The notes below the pieces were generated by a model. That model was not told the origin of the DNA and searched no databases. It saw only the letters and a program-made list of their open reading frames with translations. From contig JBHGNT010000005.1 of assembly GCA_043228905.1 (NCBI GenBank), positions 12,648,001-12,712,000 of the forward strand: 64,000 nucleotides of DNA, written 5' to 3'. Each line of letters opens with the position of its first letter. The first letter of the stretch is position 1. Of this stretch, positions 34,899-47,370 are shown in pieces. This stretch comes from Azolla caroliniana. Taxonomy: Eukaryota > Plantae > Polypodiophyta. The position numbers and the translations under genes were made by a program.

Positions 34899-37800
34899 AT
34901 GGCGGAGGAGCTTCGCGACGACCATCTTCTGCAAGAAGTAGAGAAGACAACATCAGAAATCCACCTCTCCATACCTCCTCCTCCTCCTCCCAGGTACTAC
35001 TACCACACTCTTCTTTTCACAAGACTTCTCCTGTTTTCTCCTGTATTCTCTTCTCTCTCTCTCTCTCTCTCACTGTCTCCTAATGTCTATATATTACACT
35101 TCTTTTTTTCGTGTTCTCTTTCTGTCTGTGTATATCAACTCTTTTCCGTCTCTGCATATATACGCATCTAATTTGCCCATCATTTCTGATATAATGCTCC
35201 AATCCAAAGTTTGAGCTTCAGGATGCGTATATATGCACGCTTGTAATTTCTCACCGTTCTTGCTCTATGTGTAATTAATTGTCCAAATTTTAAGCTTGGA
35301 TCAACCATTTGGCGCCTCATCCTTAGTGTGTCTTCTGCCCTGCAGCTTAATATCACTTTATTGCCCTCCTTTTAACACCCTGTTTCCTCATATTTCACAT
35401 GCCATTCTTTAATGAATTCATTCAGTCTCACCTTCTTTATGTTGAGATAACTGTTTTACTCGTTGTTGTATATGCTCGCTCACCTTCCTTGTTGTAAATC
35501 TCCAAACTTTAGCACAGTTTGCACAAGTTGATCTCACCTGTAATATGTTAGCATCGCATGTTTCCCTGTGTATATGTCTTTCTTGTCACCTGTTCTGTGT
35601 AATTGTTTAAATTTACCTGTGAATGAACAATTTGGCCTCATGCGATCTGCTCTTTGTTTGTTAAGTTCACGTGTTTTCACTGTGTACATGCGTGTTGTTT
35701 CATATTTTCTGTGCAACTCTCCAAAATATGACCGTTGAACACCTACTTCGACCAGTTTTTGCTGGTTTAAATTGCATGTTTACTCGTTATTTTAGAGTTG
35801 TAATGCTGAGAATTGAAACATAGGATGAATGATTTGGGTTCATTTTCATTTGAAGGACATTCTGTATTTTAAGGTCACATGTTTTCTCTGTGTATACCTC
35901 TAGTTTTTCATACTTTTGTTTTACTTCTCCAAAGCTTAACCGTGGAGGAACGATTTGCCCTCATCCGAAGCATCGGAGAAGAGTGCATCCAGGATGATGA
36001 ACTTCTGAGTCTCCTTAAATTTAAAGAATCTCCTATCTGCTACGATGGATTCGAACCTTCGGGTCGAATGCATATTGCCCAGGTAATGACCAGGTTCTTT
36101 CCAGTTCTGTGCATCGGCGAGGGTGGAATGATACATCAGAAGCTGGACACTTCAAATGTTTTTGTGATGCTTCATTTCTGTTTGTTGATCTCAGCAATTG
36201 GCGTTCCTGCAGGGTGTTATGAAAGCCTTGAATGTCAACAAACTCACGCACGCAGGCTGTGATGTTAAAATATGGATCGCAGACTGGTTTGCACAGCTCA
36301 ACAACAAAATGGACGGGAATTTGGAGAAGATACAGAATGTTGGGCGTTATATGATAGAAGTGTGGAAAGCTGTTGGCATGAAAGACGATAGAGTGCAATT
36401 TTTATGGTCATCTGAGGAGATTAATTCTCAAGCTCATGTTTATTGGCCTCTTGTCATGGACATTGCTCGCAGGAACAATCTGAAAAGAATCATAAGGTGA
36501 GCTCCATGTGTTTTGTTTTGATTCTACAACTACTATTTTTGTATTTTTATGGAATAATTGAGGCCATGGCTCACTGAGCGTTTGTTTCTTGGTGGGTGGT
36601 GAGCAAGTTTCTCTTTCTCTCTCTCTCTCTCTCTCATTGTAGATTGTCTCATCACGTGAACACTTTTTTCCCTTGTTATCTCTATCCCCAAAACTAGCTT
36701 AGTTCACTAAAGGAAAATATTAGAATAAAAAGAAAAAGAAAAAGCTGAAATGAAAAAAAACTAAACTAGTTCCCAGATTATACACTGTTTTGATCTTCCA
36801 TGAGTTTGGCTATGTGATTGAGTAGCCAAGCAAAGAGCATGCTTGCCACCTTGTACGGTTCTGTCCTTGTTAGAAGATCTGGAAAGCTAGTACAACCTTG
36901 TAGAAACTCCTGAAATTCATGCCTGATGGCTACATACGTAAGACATTAAAAAGGGACATTTCTTTTGTTTCTTCTATGTTTAAGCTCCAGATGTCACATA
37001 TCCACTTTTTATGCCTAATATTCAGCCAGCCCTACTATCTCTTTTCAATATGTGTGAGGCGTGTACACATCAGTGTGATGGCACATCCAACTTTTCCTGG
37101 CTCCGGGGTCTAGATGTGTGCTTAGCTATTGGCCAGTCTCATTTGGTAATTTTCCCATTTTTGAGTATTAATGCATCTGTATCAATGCTCTATGCTGGGC
37201 TGCTCTCCATTTCGTTTGGAGAGATTCCAAATTGGTTTAGTAGAATTTGGGTGTGTTTAGGAAACCAAATTTGGAAGTTTCCTTGATGCCATCCTTGAGC
37301 TTTTATTAACACTTTTTTCACGTGCCACATTGCTGAGGTTCCGTTGCATGCACCTGTGGCAATGATGCCATGAATATTTACCCAGTCTTGACATGGATTG
37401 TTTGTAGTGGCTAGACTAGCTGGGGTTTGGGTTTGTAATGGAGTAAAAACCAATGATTTTGGGGGTGGCAGACTGTCTAGGATAACTACCGTGTGGGAGG
37501 TATCCTTTTTTGTTTGATAGGCAATGGGACATTATCTTGTGGTGGGTCAATTGTGATGTCAACTTGAAGAGGTGTATTCCTGGTCTTGAGCGGGATCCCT
37601 TCTGAAGGTGATTGGCTCAGGGTTGCGCATCATACGAGTTCCAGTTGAAAACTGTCCATGATCAGGAAATATACCAATTGCTCACTCTGCTCAATCATAC
37701 ACTCGGTATAGTCACACCGATCCTGTATGAGGACACCATACCAATCTGGGTGAAAGAAATTTTCTTTGTTGTAAGCATCCAATATCCCAGGTGGCCCCAT

Positions 37801-39614
37801 GGGGAAGCAATCTGATCCCCAAGGACATTGTGAGGTGTTGTCCTTACTTCCACTAGTACTTTCAAACTGATTGAAGGGCATGAATATCTATTGGAGTTTC
37901 TAGTAGCAGAACTCATAATATTGGGTTGTTGCTATCATATCATGAGTATCAAGCTACCCCTGCTTATGTGTTCAGTTCTGACCGATTTCACGATTCATCT
38001 ATGTCTGAATAGGTTCACGCTTCTCACATTTTCCTCCATTGTGACCTGCAATTATACATGATTTCATAGTCCTGTGTGTTGAGTAAAAAATCTGCATGTT
38101 CGAAAGCTCTCTTCCTGTGGTTTTCTGCCCATTTACTGAGCTGGTGTTCAGTGTTCTTTCAATATTTAAATTTTGCATATAATATTCAAATGATTTTCTA
38201 TCATCAATTCTCATAATATTCCCAGGTGCTGCCAAATCATGGGACGTGAGGAGACTGATGACCTAACTGCTGCACAGATTTTCTATCCATGCATGCAATG
38301 TGCAGATATCTTCTTTTTGAAGGTGTGTTTCTTGCATAATCTCTTCTTTTGATGCCAATGTAGCATAATCCATTGAAATATTTCATTTTTGAATTGTACG
38401 AGTAGGCGGATATTTGTCAGCTTGGTATGGACCAGCGGAAAGTGAACATGCTTGCACGTGAGTACTGTGATAATCTGAAGAAGAAATATAAGCCTATAAT
38501 TCTTTCACATCGTATCCTTTGCAGCCTGGTTTCTTTGCTTGTCAAGTTATTGTATAGGTTAATCCTTTTCCATTATTTCTGGAACCTTGACTAAAGGAAG
38601 ATATGCTCTCTGGACTAACTGGACAAGGAAAGATGTCAAAAAGTGATCCTAATTCTGCCATATATATGGAAGATGAAGAGGTCTGTTTATTGGAAATTCA
38701 ATATTTTATACTGTTCATCAATAAACTTGCTCTGCCTACTGAACTAACCTTTTTATGTTTTGTCGGTGCATCTTATCAAAGGCGGATGTCAATTTAAAAA
38801 TCAAGAAAGCATTCTGCCCGCCAAAAGTTGTCGAGGCGAATCCTTGTATAGAATATGTCAAGTACATTATCCTGCCATGGTTTGGAATCTTTGAGATTGT
38901 ACGGAAAGACCAGGATGGGGGGAACAAGTATGTATCTTGGAGCTGCCGTTTCTATGCTTGAATATACTATAAATACTTGTGCATCCCTCTGTTTGTAAAT
39001 GGCAACATGTCTTCAACTGCTTCTCATTCATTATCGAGATTGCATTTATCTGTTTCCTTATTATAAAATCACAGTTGTCCTTGGTTGGTTTCTCTGAAGG
39101 ATATACCATGATATTGAAGAGCTAATTAAAGATTATGAAACTGAGGCATTGCACCCCTCAGACTTAAAGAGCGCCATCGCTAGGGCACTGAACAAAATTT
39201 TACAGGTAAAAATCATAACAAAAGTGATTGCAAGTTATTTCTCATTTACATCATTTGATCACATTGGAAATTGTGTTGCAGCCTGTCCGCGACCATTTCA
39301 AGACAAATGAGGATGCTATGAAGCTTTTGAAGAAAGTAAAAGTGAGGATAATAAGGGGAATTTTTTGTGATACATTGTTTGTTTATGGATAAATTGCCAA
39401 AATACACCCTAAATTGTTGGGTATCTGCGAGAATGTCCCTAATTTCCAAAATTATGAGAATAACCCTATGGTGTAATTTTACTACAGAGGGATATTCTTG
39501 TAATTTTTGAAACCTTAGCGTTATTTTAAAGCTCTTTTTTGTTTATTCTTTTGTGAAAACCAATGTATAACCCAGTGGAACTTTAAAATACAGGGATACA
39601 AAGTAACCAGATGA
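34899..39614 (+). CDS. TyrRS: Cytosolic tyrosine--tRNA ligase, 380 aa; exons 34899-34993, 35935-36082, 36213-36496, 38226-38322, 38406-38511, 38601-38680, 38782-38927, 39100-39205, 39282-39341, 39594-39614
   Basis: YDGFEPSGRMHIAQG (HIGH-like), IADWFAQLNNK, YPCMQCADIF, ADICQLGMDQRKVN, KMSKS and LHPSDLK motifs. All introns are GT-AG and the phases give one 1143-nt open frame. Confidence 0.95.
38512..38600 (+). other. U12-type (minor spliceosome) GT-AG intron in TyrRS
   Basis: 5' splice site GTATCCTTT; branch point CCTTGAC (38585-38591) 9 nt before the intron end; no polypyrimidine tract; removal restores ILSHHMLSGL. Confidence 0.9.
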
Positions 39615-41293
39615 GAAACAGGAGTTATTTCAGGTCCTATGATTTTGAAAACAATGGTTTTCTTTTTTTACAATCACTATATACATTATTGATGGCGTTA
39701 GGTTTATCTCTCTTTTCCGGAAGTCATATAATGAGGCATTGTACCTGAGACAATAAAATCATATTGAACATGAAAACCAACTATTCTAGTCATGGAGTAG
39801 GCAGAATGATCTTATTCTATCCATCACTGATTCCTCTTTTCAATGCAACTGTTAATTTTTACTTCTTTCTGTCCTTTGTTTATAGTTGAATATGATGTTG
39901 GCAAATGAGCTTTATGATTGAAAGACAATAAATAGAAAATTGAAATATTGTTTGTTCTATTTGGTATCACATGGATACTCTCAAAATGACAACAAACCTT
40001 AAACTCAAAAAAAGTGGAAGAACTAAACCTTAGCTATGCTTTAATTGTGCAAGAACTTCTATGAGGGATGAGGAACTAAATGTTTGGATTCCTAGCTTAA
40101 AGCAAATGATTACAACACTTTGGAGGAATCAGAGTCTTTCCTCTGTTGACGTGAAAGTTACTTAGCGTATATGACATAATACACCTGAAGTATCACGATT
40201 ACTAACCAATGATATGTTATTGACTCTAATTATCAAATTATTTAATTATTTTTTCATAATTCTGTTTATTCTCATATTAGTTCTGTTTAAAAACTAAAGA
40301 TTGCAAACATGTGGGAAAGAAACACAAGCATACATTTGGAAAGCACCAATGTGTCTTTACAATTTACCGTGTCTTAACACACACATACACTTGTATTTTA
40401 TTGATATGCAAACAAATCACTTGGCAGGCAAGACAGGTTATCTATAATTGCATTGGGTTGTGTTGCCACATTTTTATTTCACCTAGAGTTTCTCAATTCT
40501 ATATAATATTGTCCATGAAATGTAATTGATTTTCTTTCCATGAACTATGGTCTGACAAGTTCTTTTTAGGCGACTAGTATGTGTTATTATTTATAGTGAT
40601 TCCCGGATACTTTTGATTTAATGTGAAGTCTTTCAAAGTTTAGTTTCTATCCTTCGTAGCTTTAATAAATATGATATCAATATGTGTCAAATTATGCACG
40701 AAGACTAATACTAAGGCTCTCATATCCAGGGAACTTATCAAGTTCTATATTGAATATGTTTTTATTCTACATGAATTATGGGTACAATTATCTAGAACTT
40801 ACTCCCAAGTGATCTTTAATCATAGGTATATAAATATTTACCTTCTCAAAATTATCTCAATGACATCGACGGCAATACATTACAATTGTAAAGCTTAAAC
40901 ATTTAAAGACTGGTATGATGTAAATGTGTCTGTGTGTGTGTCTCGCATGCAAGGTACATGAGGAAAGGTTAGTAGAAAATGAGTATCAATTCACATATAA
41001 TGCAATTCTTGAAAGCTATGTTGACATTAAGAGGTGGTGATGACTTGAATGCCATATACTAAAGAGAACCCCTAGAAGGTTGACCTCATATGTGTGCTTT
41101 ATTCACACATCGAGACTTCATGTTGTGAAGTATGAATATCCCTTCGTAGGAAGGAGACACACATGAAGAAAACTTGTGTACTTAGGCCCCATGGGTCAAT
41201 ATTGGCCTCGTTATATACGCTAAAAAATATCTAATTTAATCTAATCTCTCTCCTTGTCTATCCTTATCTCTATATACATACATACATTATTAC

Positions 41294-41296
<3 letters not shown>

Positions 41297-41344
<48 letters not shown>
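41297..41344. repeat. (AG)24 microsatellite
   Basis: Perfect dinucleotide run. Confidence 0.95.
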
Positions 41345-41346
<2 letters not shown>

Positions 41347-43931
41347 TTATATGAGCCATCCTTAACTTTTCGCTTGTTAATTCCTTCCACTATACTTTTT
41401 AGTTGCTTAAGATTTAAAGCTCCTGAATATAGTCACTATGTTCTTTTCATGAACCTAACATGTGGCATTTTAATCTTGAAGTTACAAAGTCTTGATCTTA
41501 TGGGATGATTTGTACCATCAAGGAGGTTGATTGGTTGGTGGATTCAATTATAAGAGCAATTGTATTCTCAATTCTGTTGTTTCAAATACAGACTAAAAGA
41601 TAGTCTTTAAGATCTAGGAAGTATTAGAAACGTCAACTAATTTCTCTTTGTATTCAATATATGAGAATGCTATATTCTGTTTTGGATGGAGTGAAAAATC
41701 ATGTGTGGGATAGCTAGAAAAATACTTGTTATGGGCCTAGGGTGGTTTCAAAGGTTGGCACAAGATTTCATCGTGCCCCATATATTACCATTTTGGATTG
41801 CTAGACTTCATGTTATCTATTGCAAACCGCAACAACTTCCACATTATCGAATAAAACCATGTGATTGTGGATATATTCGATCGCTTTTAAGCCTACCTCA
41901 AGAATTCCCCTCGAATGAGGGTATGTTCATATTGCATACTTCATCAAGGTAATGCAAATTGATAAATATTTCTTATGGTCATGGAATCACCATCTCATTT
42001 TCTATTCCTTGTTTCCAATCACTCGATGATACTTCTTTTAGTTGTTTTTGTATCTGGATTGTCAAACAATGTACTTCTCAAGTCATAAATTTGATGCAGT
42101 GTTCAATTTTCATAAAGCACGGTAATATCATGGGTAAGTCTACTTAGCAGTAAAAAAACTAAATACAAGCATAGTTTCGAATTATTGACAAAGAAAGATA
42201 AAGAAGAAAATTATGCATCCTTGCATCGATATCTAAAAGATAAAGTCATGTTTGTGAGATTAATCTGATATTTGAAGATTAAATTCTTATATAAAGGTTA
42301 AAGTTGTTTGTCATATCATGGTCCTTTTTAAAAAATGCCCACATCACACGCTTTTGAAAATGTTAAAGTTATCCTTTTTACTCAAGCATAGATGAGACGA
42401 CAAGTTTTTCCACATTGCATTACTTGCAACATGCTACTTGTACATTTATATGTTGGGTATTGTTATTTACATTTTGGAACATGAATACATGAATGGATAC
42501 ACTTGGGCCTTAGCTCACATTAAGAACATAATTAGTGTTCCAGAAAAATAATGTTCATGTCACTTTGAAGGATTTGTTTTGTTGTGGAATCAATCTCAAA
42601 GAGTAAACTTAGCATAGATTATGTATCATTTTGGTGTATTTTAGTTCAGCAAATCCATTCAATTATGGATTGATAGCTAATCCATATTGTGTGGATGATC
42701 CATGTGATAGTTTGTGATAGTGGTAAGGTTACTTTCCAGAATAACTTGATTTACAAAATGTGACCCAACAATTCATCATGTGACCTTGCAATTTTGTGTG
42801 TTAATGATCCATGTGATAGTTCATCATAATGATAAGGAACTTTTCTAGATTAGTTTGATTTGCCAAAATATAAAAGTTGGCTGCTTAATTCATTCTCTGA
42901 CTTTTTAAAAGGGACACTGGACACATGCAAACATTTATCCACTAATCCTAGGGTAAAAAATACCTCCCTTTTATCTAAAACAAACAGGCCGATAATTAAA
43001 ACACAATTAGTGGTTAAACGACGTCACGACATCCAAAAGTTAAACATCATCAAATCAACGTCCATCTTCAAAATTTTCAAGTGATGCTTTTACGTCCATA
43101 AAGTGATAATTGATGGTAGAGTTGTAAAATTTTAGCTTTGCTATTAACCATTCACAAAATGGTAAATATATTATTTTTCTTCGCATAACAATTTCACATA
43201 GTGGAGATTCATGGAGTTAGAGATTAGGTTCATCTTTCAAAAAGTATTGGTTATCATGAAAGGGTGTTCACTTTTCATTTCACTTTGACAATATACACAA
43301 ATGTGAAATATTGATGGACTTTGTTGTGTATTGTATACCCATGTATGACAAAATTAACATAGAGGACATATTGTCTAAAACTCTTTTGTAGTGGATTTTA
43401 TCACATATACATCAAATGTATATGTAGCTTAACCTAAGTTTTTATTATTGTCATCACACACCCATTGGTATTGATATTTTTGTGTTGGAAATGTGTAGCA
43501 TCTTTCAATGTTCTTGCCAAAAGTACTTTTTACTGTAGTTTTCTTCTTGACACTGGTTGGACTAGGAGTCAACCATTCTTATGATACAATATATATCTTA
43601 ATTGCTCGTGCAAACCCTAATCCTAATCTATGACTTACCACATTCACACATAAGAGACTTAATCATGTTTGATTATGCTCCTTAAGGAGTGAAGGTAAGA
43701 GAAATTTCCAATATAAATTAGCTTCTATTAGTTTGGTTTAATGATTACAAGCTTACTTAGATACAATGACTAGGCTTAGGGCTTGAAATTAGAAAAGTAA
43801 TTAGGGAGAGAGAGAGGGAGAGGTTTAAGCTTGATGTCTAGGGATAATAATGATGAAGGACCCTTACAAAAAGGTTCAACTATAATTATAATGTTCAACT
43901 CATTCTCTTTATTGTTCTTGAACCATACAAG

Positions 43932-46020
43932 TGTTACCCGCTTAGAGTAACACGGTGTTAGATACTCGCTCCTTCGGTATCCGACTCAAGGTCTTGTGGT
44001 AGGTAGACATAAGCGTGACTGGTTCTCGGCTTGGAAAGACACCGATTAGGCAATGATGTGCTAAACAACCTACGTAGGTTTAGGAATCAAGATGTTCGGA
44101 CTTTGGAGACTTAGGAGACGGTGAACCGAGCCGACTACAACTAACTGGTGATGTGTAGTACGCAGTAAAAGAATATAGACGCTCAACACAGATTATAGCT
44201 CTCAACATAGAGACAAGGTATAAGCAAGCAGAAATTCTATTACAAACTTATACTTAATATGCTGCTACAATCGATTAGTTTCTACAACTTTGCATGTCCC
44301 TTTTTATAGGGAGCACGGGCAGTTACGTCTAGAACGTGAATTGTTACTATCATGTCATCTCCCCATCTAACCCCACTTGTCTTTGATCCGACTCGTAACA
44401 TCCTTAGCCTTTTCACACTTGGGCCGTCCTGACTGGCCAACACTTGGCACGCTTGTGGGACAATGTTGTGCACGGTTGAATCCACAAGCCGGCTAGGCAT
44501 CGTCAAAGATATGCAAGATGTTCGGCTTTGCCTGAGCCAACTCGTTGCTAAGGGTGGGATTGTTGGGTGGTGTTGGAGCGTCCTCCATCCATTCTTCTTC
44601 TGCTGACATTGTTCTTCCCTTCTTTGTTCTGCACTTTTGTACTTGTTCCTACAAGCCCATGTGCTCAACTCTCGGAATCCGGTGACAGGGCCGGATCGAC
44701 TACAATCCTATGAAATCGTGTGCTTGATATCTATCCTTTGGTAACCAGACCAGACCGATCACCACAAAGCTCAGCCATCACCCAGTCTTAATCTCCTTGG
44801 TTTGAGACCCTGGTGGTCCCGCCCGAGCTAACCTGCAAGCCACAAATTTCTACGACAACGTGTTCTAGTTCCTGGCCTTCCTCTTGCTTCTAACTCGAGA
44901 GCGAGTTGAAGCTGATCGTCCGTAAATTCTTCTAATATCGTGGAGTTGAGTTGGGCCAAGGAACGATAATCATTCGCAAGCTCTTCCCCAATGGATGTGA
45001 CGCTATCTTCGTTGACCTTGTAGAATCCCTTGCCCTCTTTACGCCTATTTTCCTGATTTGCCCAAAAGATATGAAGTTCGGATGCTTGGTCAGACCATGC
45101 CCCCCATGCTTTGTCCATAGTGTCGACAATCTTCTTTAGAACCAACGTCTTGTGAGTTTCGAGTAGGACCTTGATCCTTTTTGTGCTCATTTCTGGTTTT
45201 TGCCCACAGTTCTTCTACCTTTTCCTCGAGTTGCTTGATTTTATTGTAGCGCGTCCCGATTGCACTTGATAGCAGTCTTGGACTAAACCCATATTGGTCT
45301 GCAAGATCTTTATCTCTTTTTCATGCAACTCCTCTATCCACGACAATTCTTTTTTTATGCTGAGTTGGACTTCTTCCGCCAATTGCCGTTTGGCTGCCAA
45401 CTACTCCTCGAACCATGTCTGTCGTTTTTTCGCGGCCACTCGTTGTTCGTTGATCGTTTGTTCAGCTCGTGCCAACGCCTTTCGTTGGTCTTCTAAATCA
45501 GCTAAGACTTTAGTGTGTTCATTGCCCGAGTCGTCCAGTCTAGCCTTTAGCTCATTTATGCTTTTCCTAATGGTGGCGCGGATGCTTGCTTTCCGATCTG
45601 ATGATTGTCGGAGTTTTGCTCTTAGGCAATCGACCTTTGTTTCGGCTACCGTTCCCAAGTTCTTCACTTATTGAGCTATGGCCTTCTGAGCTTTGAGGTA
45701 TTCTTGTAGTGCTTGTAAGTTTATCACCGACTGTCTGACTGTGCTAGCGCCTTCGGTTGTTGCCTGAGTCTCATGCAGTTGTTGTTCCAATTGTTGGATT
45801 GTCACTTTGCATTCCTGCAACTGTTGTGCAATTTCAGCGGCTACCTTCTTGGCTCGTTTGCTCTTGTACGCCATATCCTTGTGCTAGCGCCTTCGGTTGT
45901 TGCCTGAGTCTCATGCAATTGTTGTTCCAATTGTTGGATTGTCACTTTGCATTCCTGCAACTGTTGTGCACTTTCAGCGGCTACCTTCTTGGCTCGTTTG
46001 CTCTTGTACGCCATATCCTT
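43932..46020 (-). mobile_element. Remnant D: 3' LTR (43932-44442) and decayed ORF3 of a distant relative of B/C
   Basis: TG...CA LTR whose left end (TGTTACCCGCTTAG) resembles that of B (TGTTATTCGCTTAG); motif TGGCACGCTTGTGGGAC at 44445-44461; ORF fragments 44828-45874 share ENRRKEG...ELA.D...LA with ORF3 of B. Confidence 0.8.
45741..46020. repeat. 140-bp tandem duplication (45741-45880, 45881-46020)
   Basis: Near-identical adjacent copies at the junction with copia H. Confidence 0.9.
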
Positions 46021-47370
46021 GTGTTGGGAAATAGGTCCCCCCGGATGGGAAGAGTATGAGCCGAATCAAATAGAGAGACGACAAGAAATTTGGCTGAGGC
46101 CGAAAATCGAATAATTGAAAACTGAAAGTCGAAAATCGAAAACCAATACTTCAGTACGTGAGAGGCACCTCAAGCATGTGTCTTCGATTCGGCTCCTATA
46201 ACCCCATATTCAAAGGTTATACTAATTCCGCCATGTCAACTGATGTGGATACTAGCTGATCCACGTTCGGATACGTAATGACTTATGGTGTGGGGAGTTG
46301 TCTCGTGGCAGCCAAGGCTGTAGAAGGCTGTGGCGTTGTCGACCACGGAAACCGAGTACATGGCCTCAACGGAAGCTAGCAAGGAAATAATATGGATGAA
46401 GAAGTTCATCGGAGAGTTGGGGATTCGGCAAGAGGAATTCCGACTCCATTGCGATAACCAGAGTGCCATCCACCTTGCGAAGAATGCTGCCTACCACTTG
46501 AGCACTAAACACATCCAAAGAAGATACCATTGGCTCCGAGAGCGAGTACAAGAAAAGGAGTTTGCTTTAGTAAAGATCCACACGAATGACAAGGGGCTAG
46601 ACATGCTGATGAAGGTGCTGTTGGCGGAGACGCTGAATGCGTGCCAACAAAGAGTCGGATTGGAGAAATACCCCATGCCGGAATGAAGGGGGAGTTTGTT
46701 GGGAAATAGGTCCCTCCAGATGGGAAGAGTACGAGCCAAATCGAATAGAGAGACGACAGGAAATTCGGCCGAGGTTGAAAATGGAAAATGGAAAATGGAA
46801 AACTGATTATATATAACCTACTCGGGAGACTATATTTGTAAATAGTCTAAATGTGCCCCATGTGGGCTATATCTGTAAATAGCCTGTTACCGGCCGACAA
46901 AGGAGTCCAGAGTGGGAAACGGAGAGCTAATTAAGTAGTAGGAATGTGGTTGTAATTAAGCTATGAGTGTGGACGGACGGACCGGAAACGGTATGCCGTT
47001 CCGGATCCGGACCGATCCCGAACAGGTGCGGAGGGCACCGTTTTGTAATACAGACCGGAAACCTATTTAAAGGCCCGGATACAATGTAATAGTTAGCGGT
47101 TAATTAATGAAAGCTTAAGCGTTGTTATATCTCTGTGTTAATTGCCGTTCTGTCTTAATTGTTATATCGTACGCGTGTTATGAAGACGATCCTAATAAGT
47201 AACTTGATTAAGTCGGATTAAGCGTTGAAGTCTAATCCGGTTGCCGTAACACCCTTTGGTGAAGTGTCTCCCGTAGACACCCTGTATTAGGCCATTGTCC
47301 GGCCCGAAGAGTTAACACAGTTTTTGGCGACCACGATTCCTATTTTTGCAGCGAACGACGGCACGAATGG

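Noticed and set aside
36900-37950. Short ORFs in TyrRS intron 3 as extra exons or a nested gene
   Set aside because: The TyrRS frame is complete without them and they have no recognisable domain; probably decayed repeat.
39700-43900. Scattered short ORFs in the AT-rich region downstream of TyrRS
   Set aside because: No motifs or splice-consistent structure could be supported.
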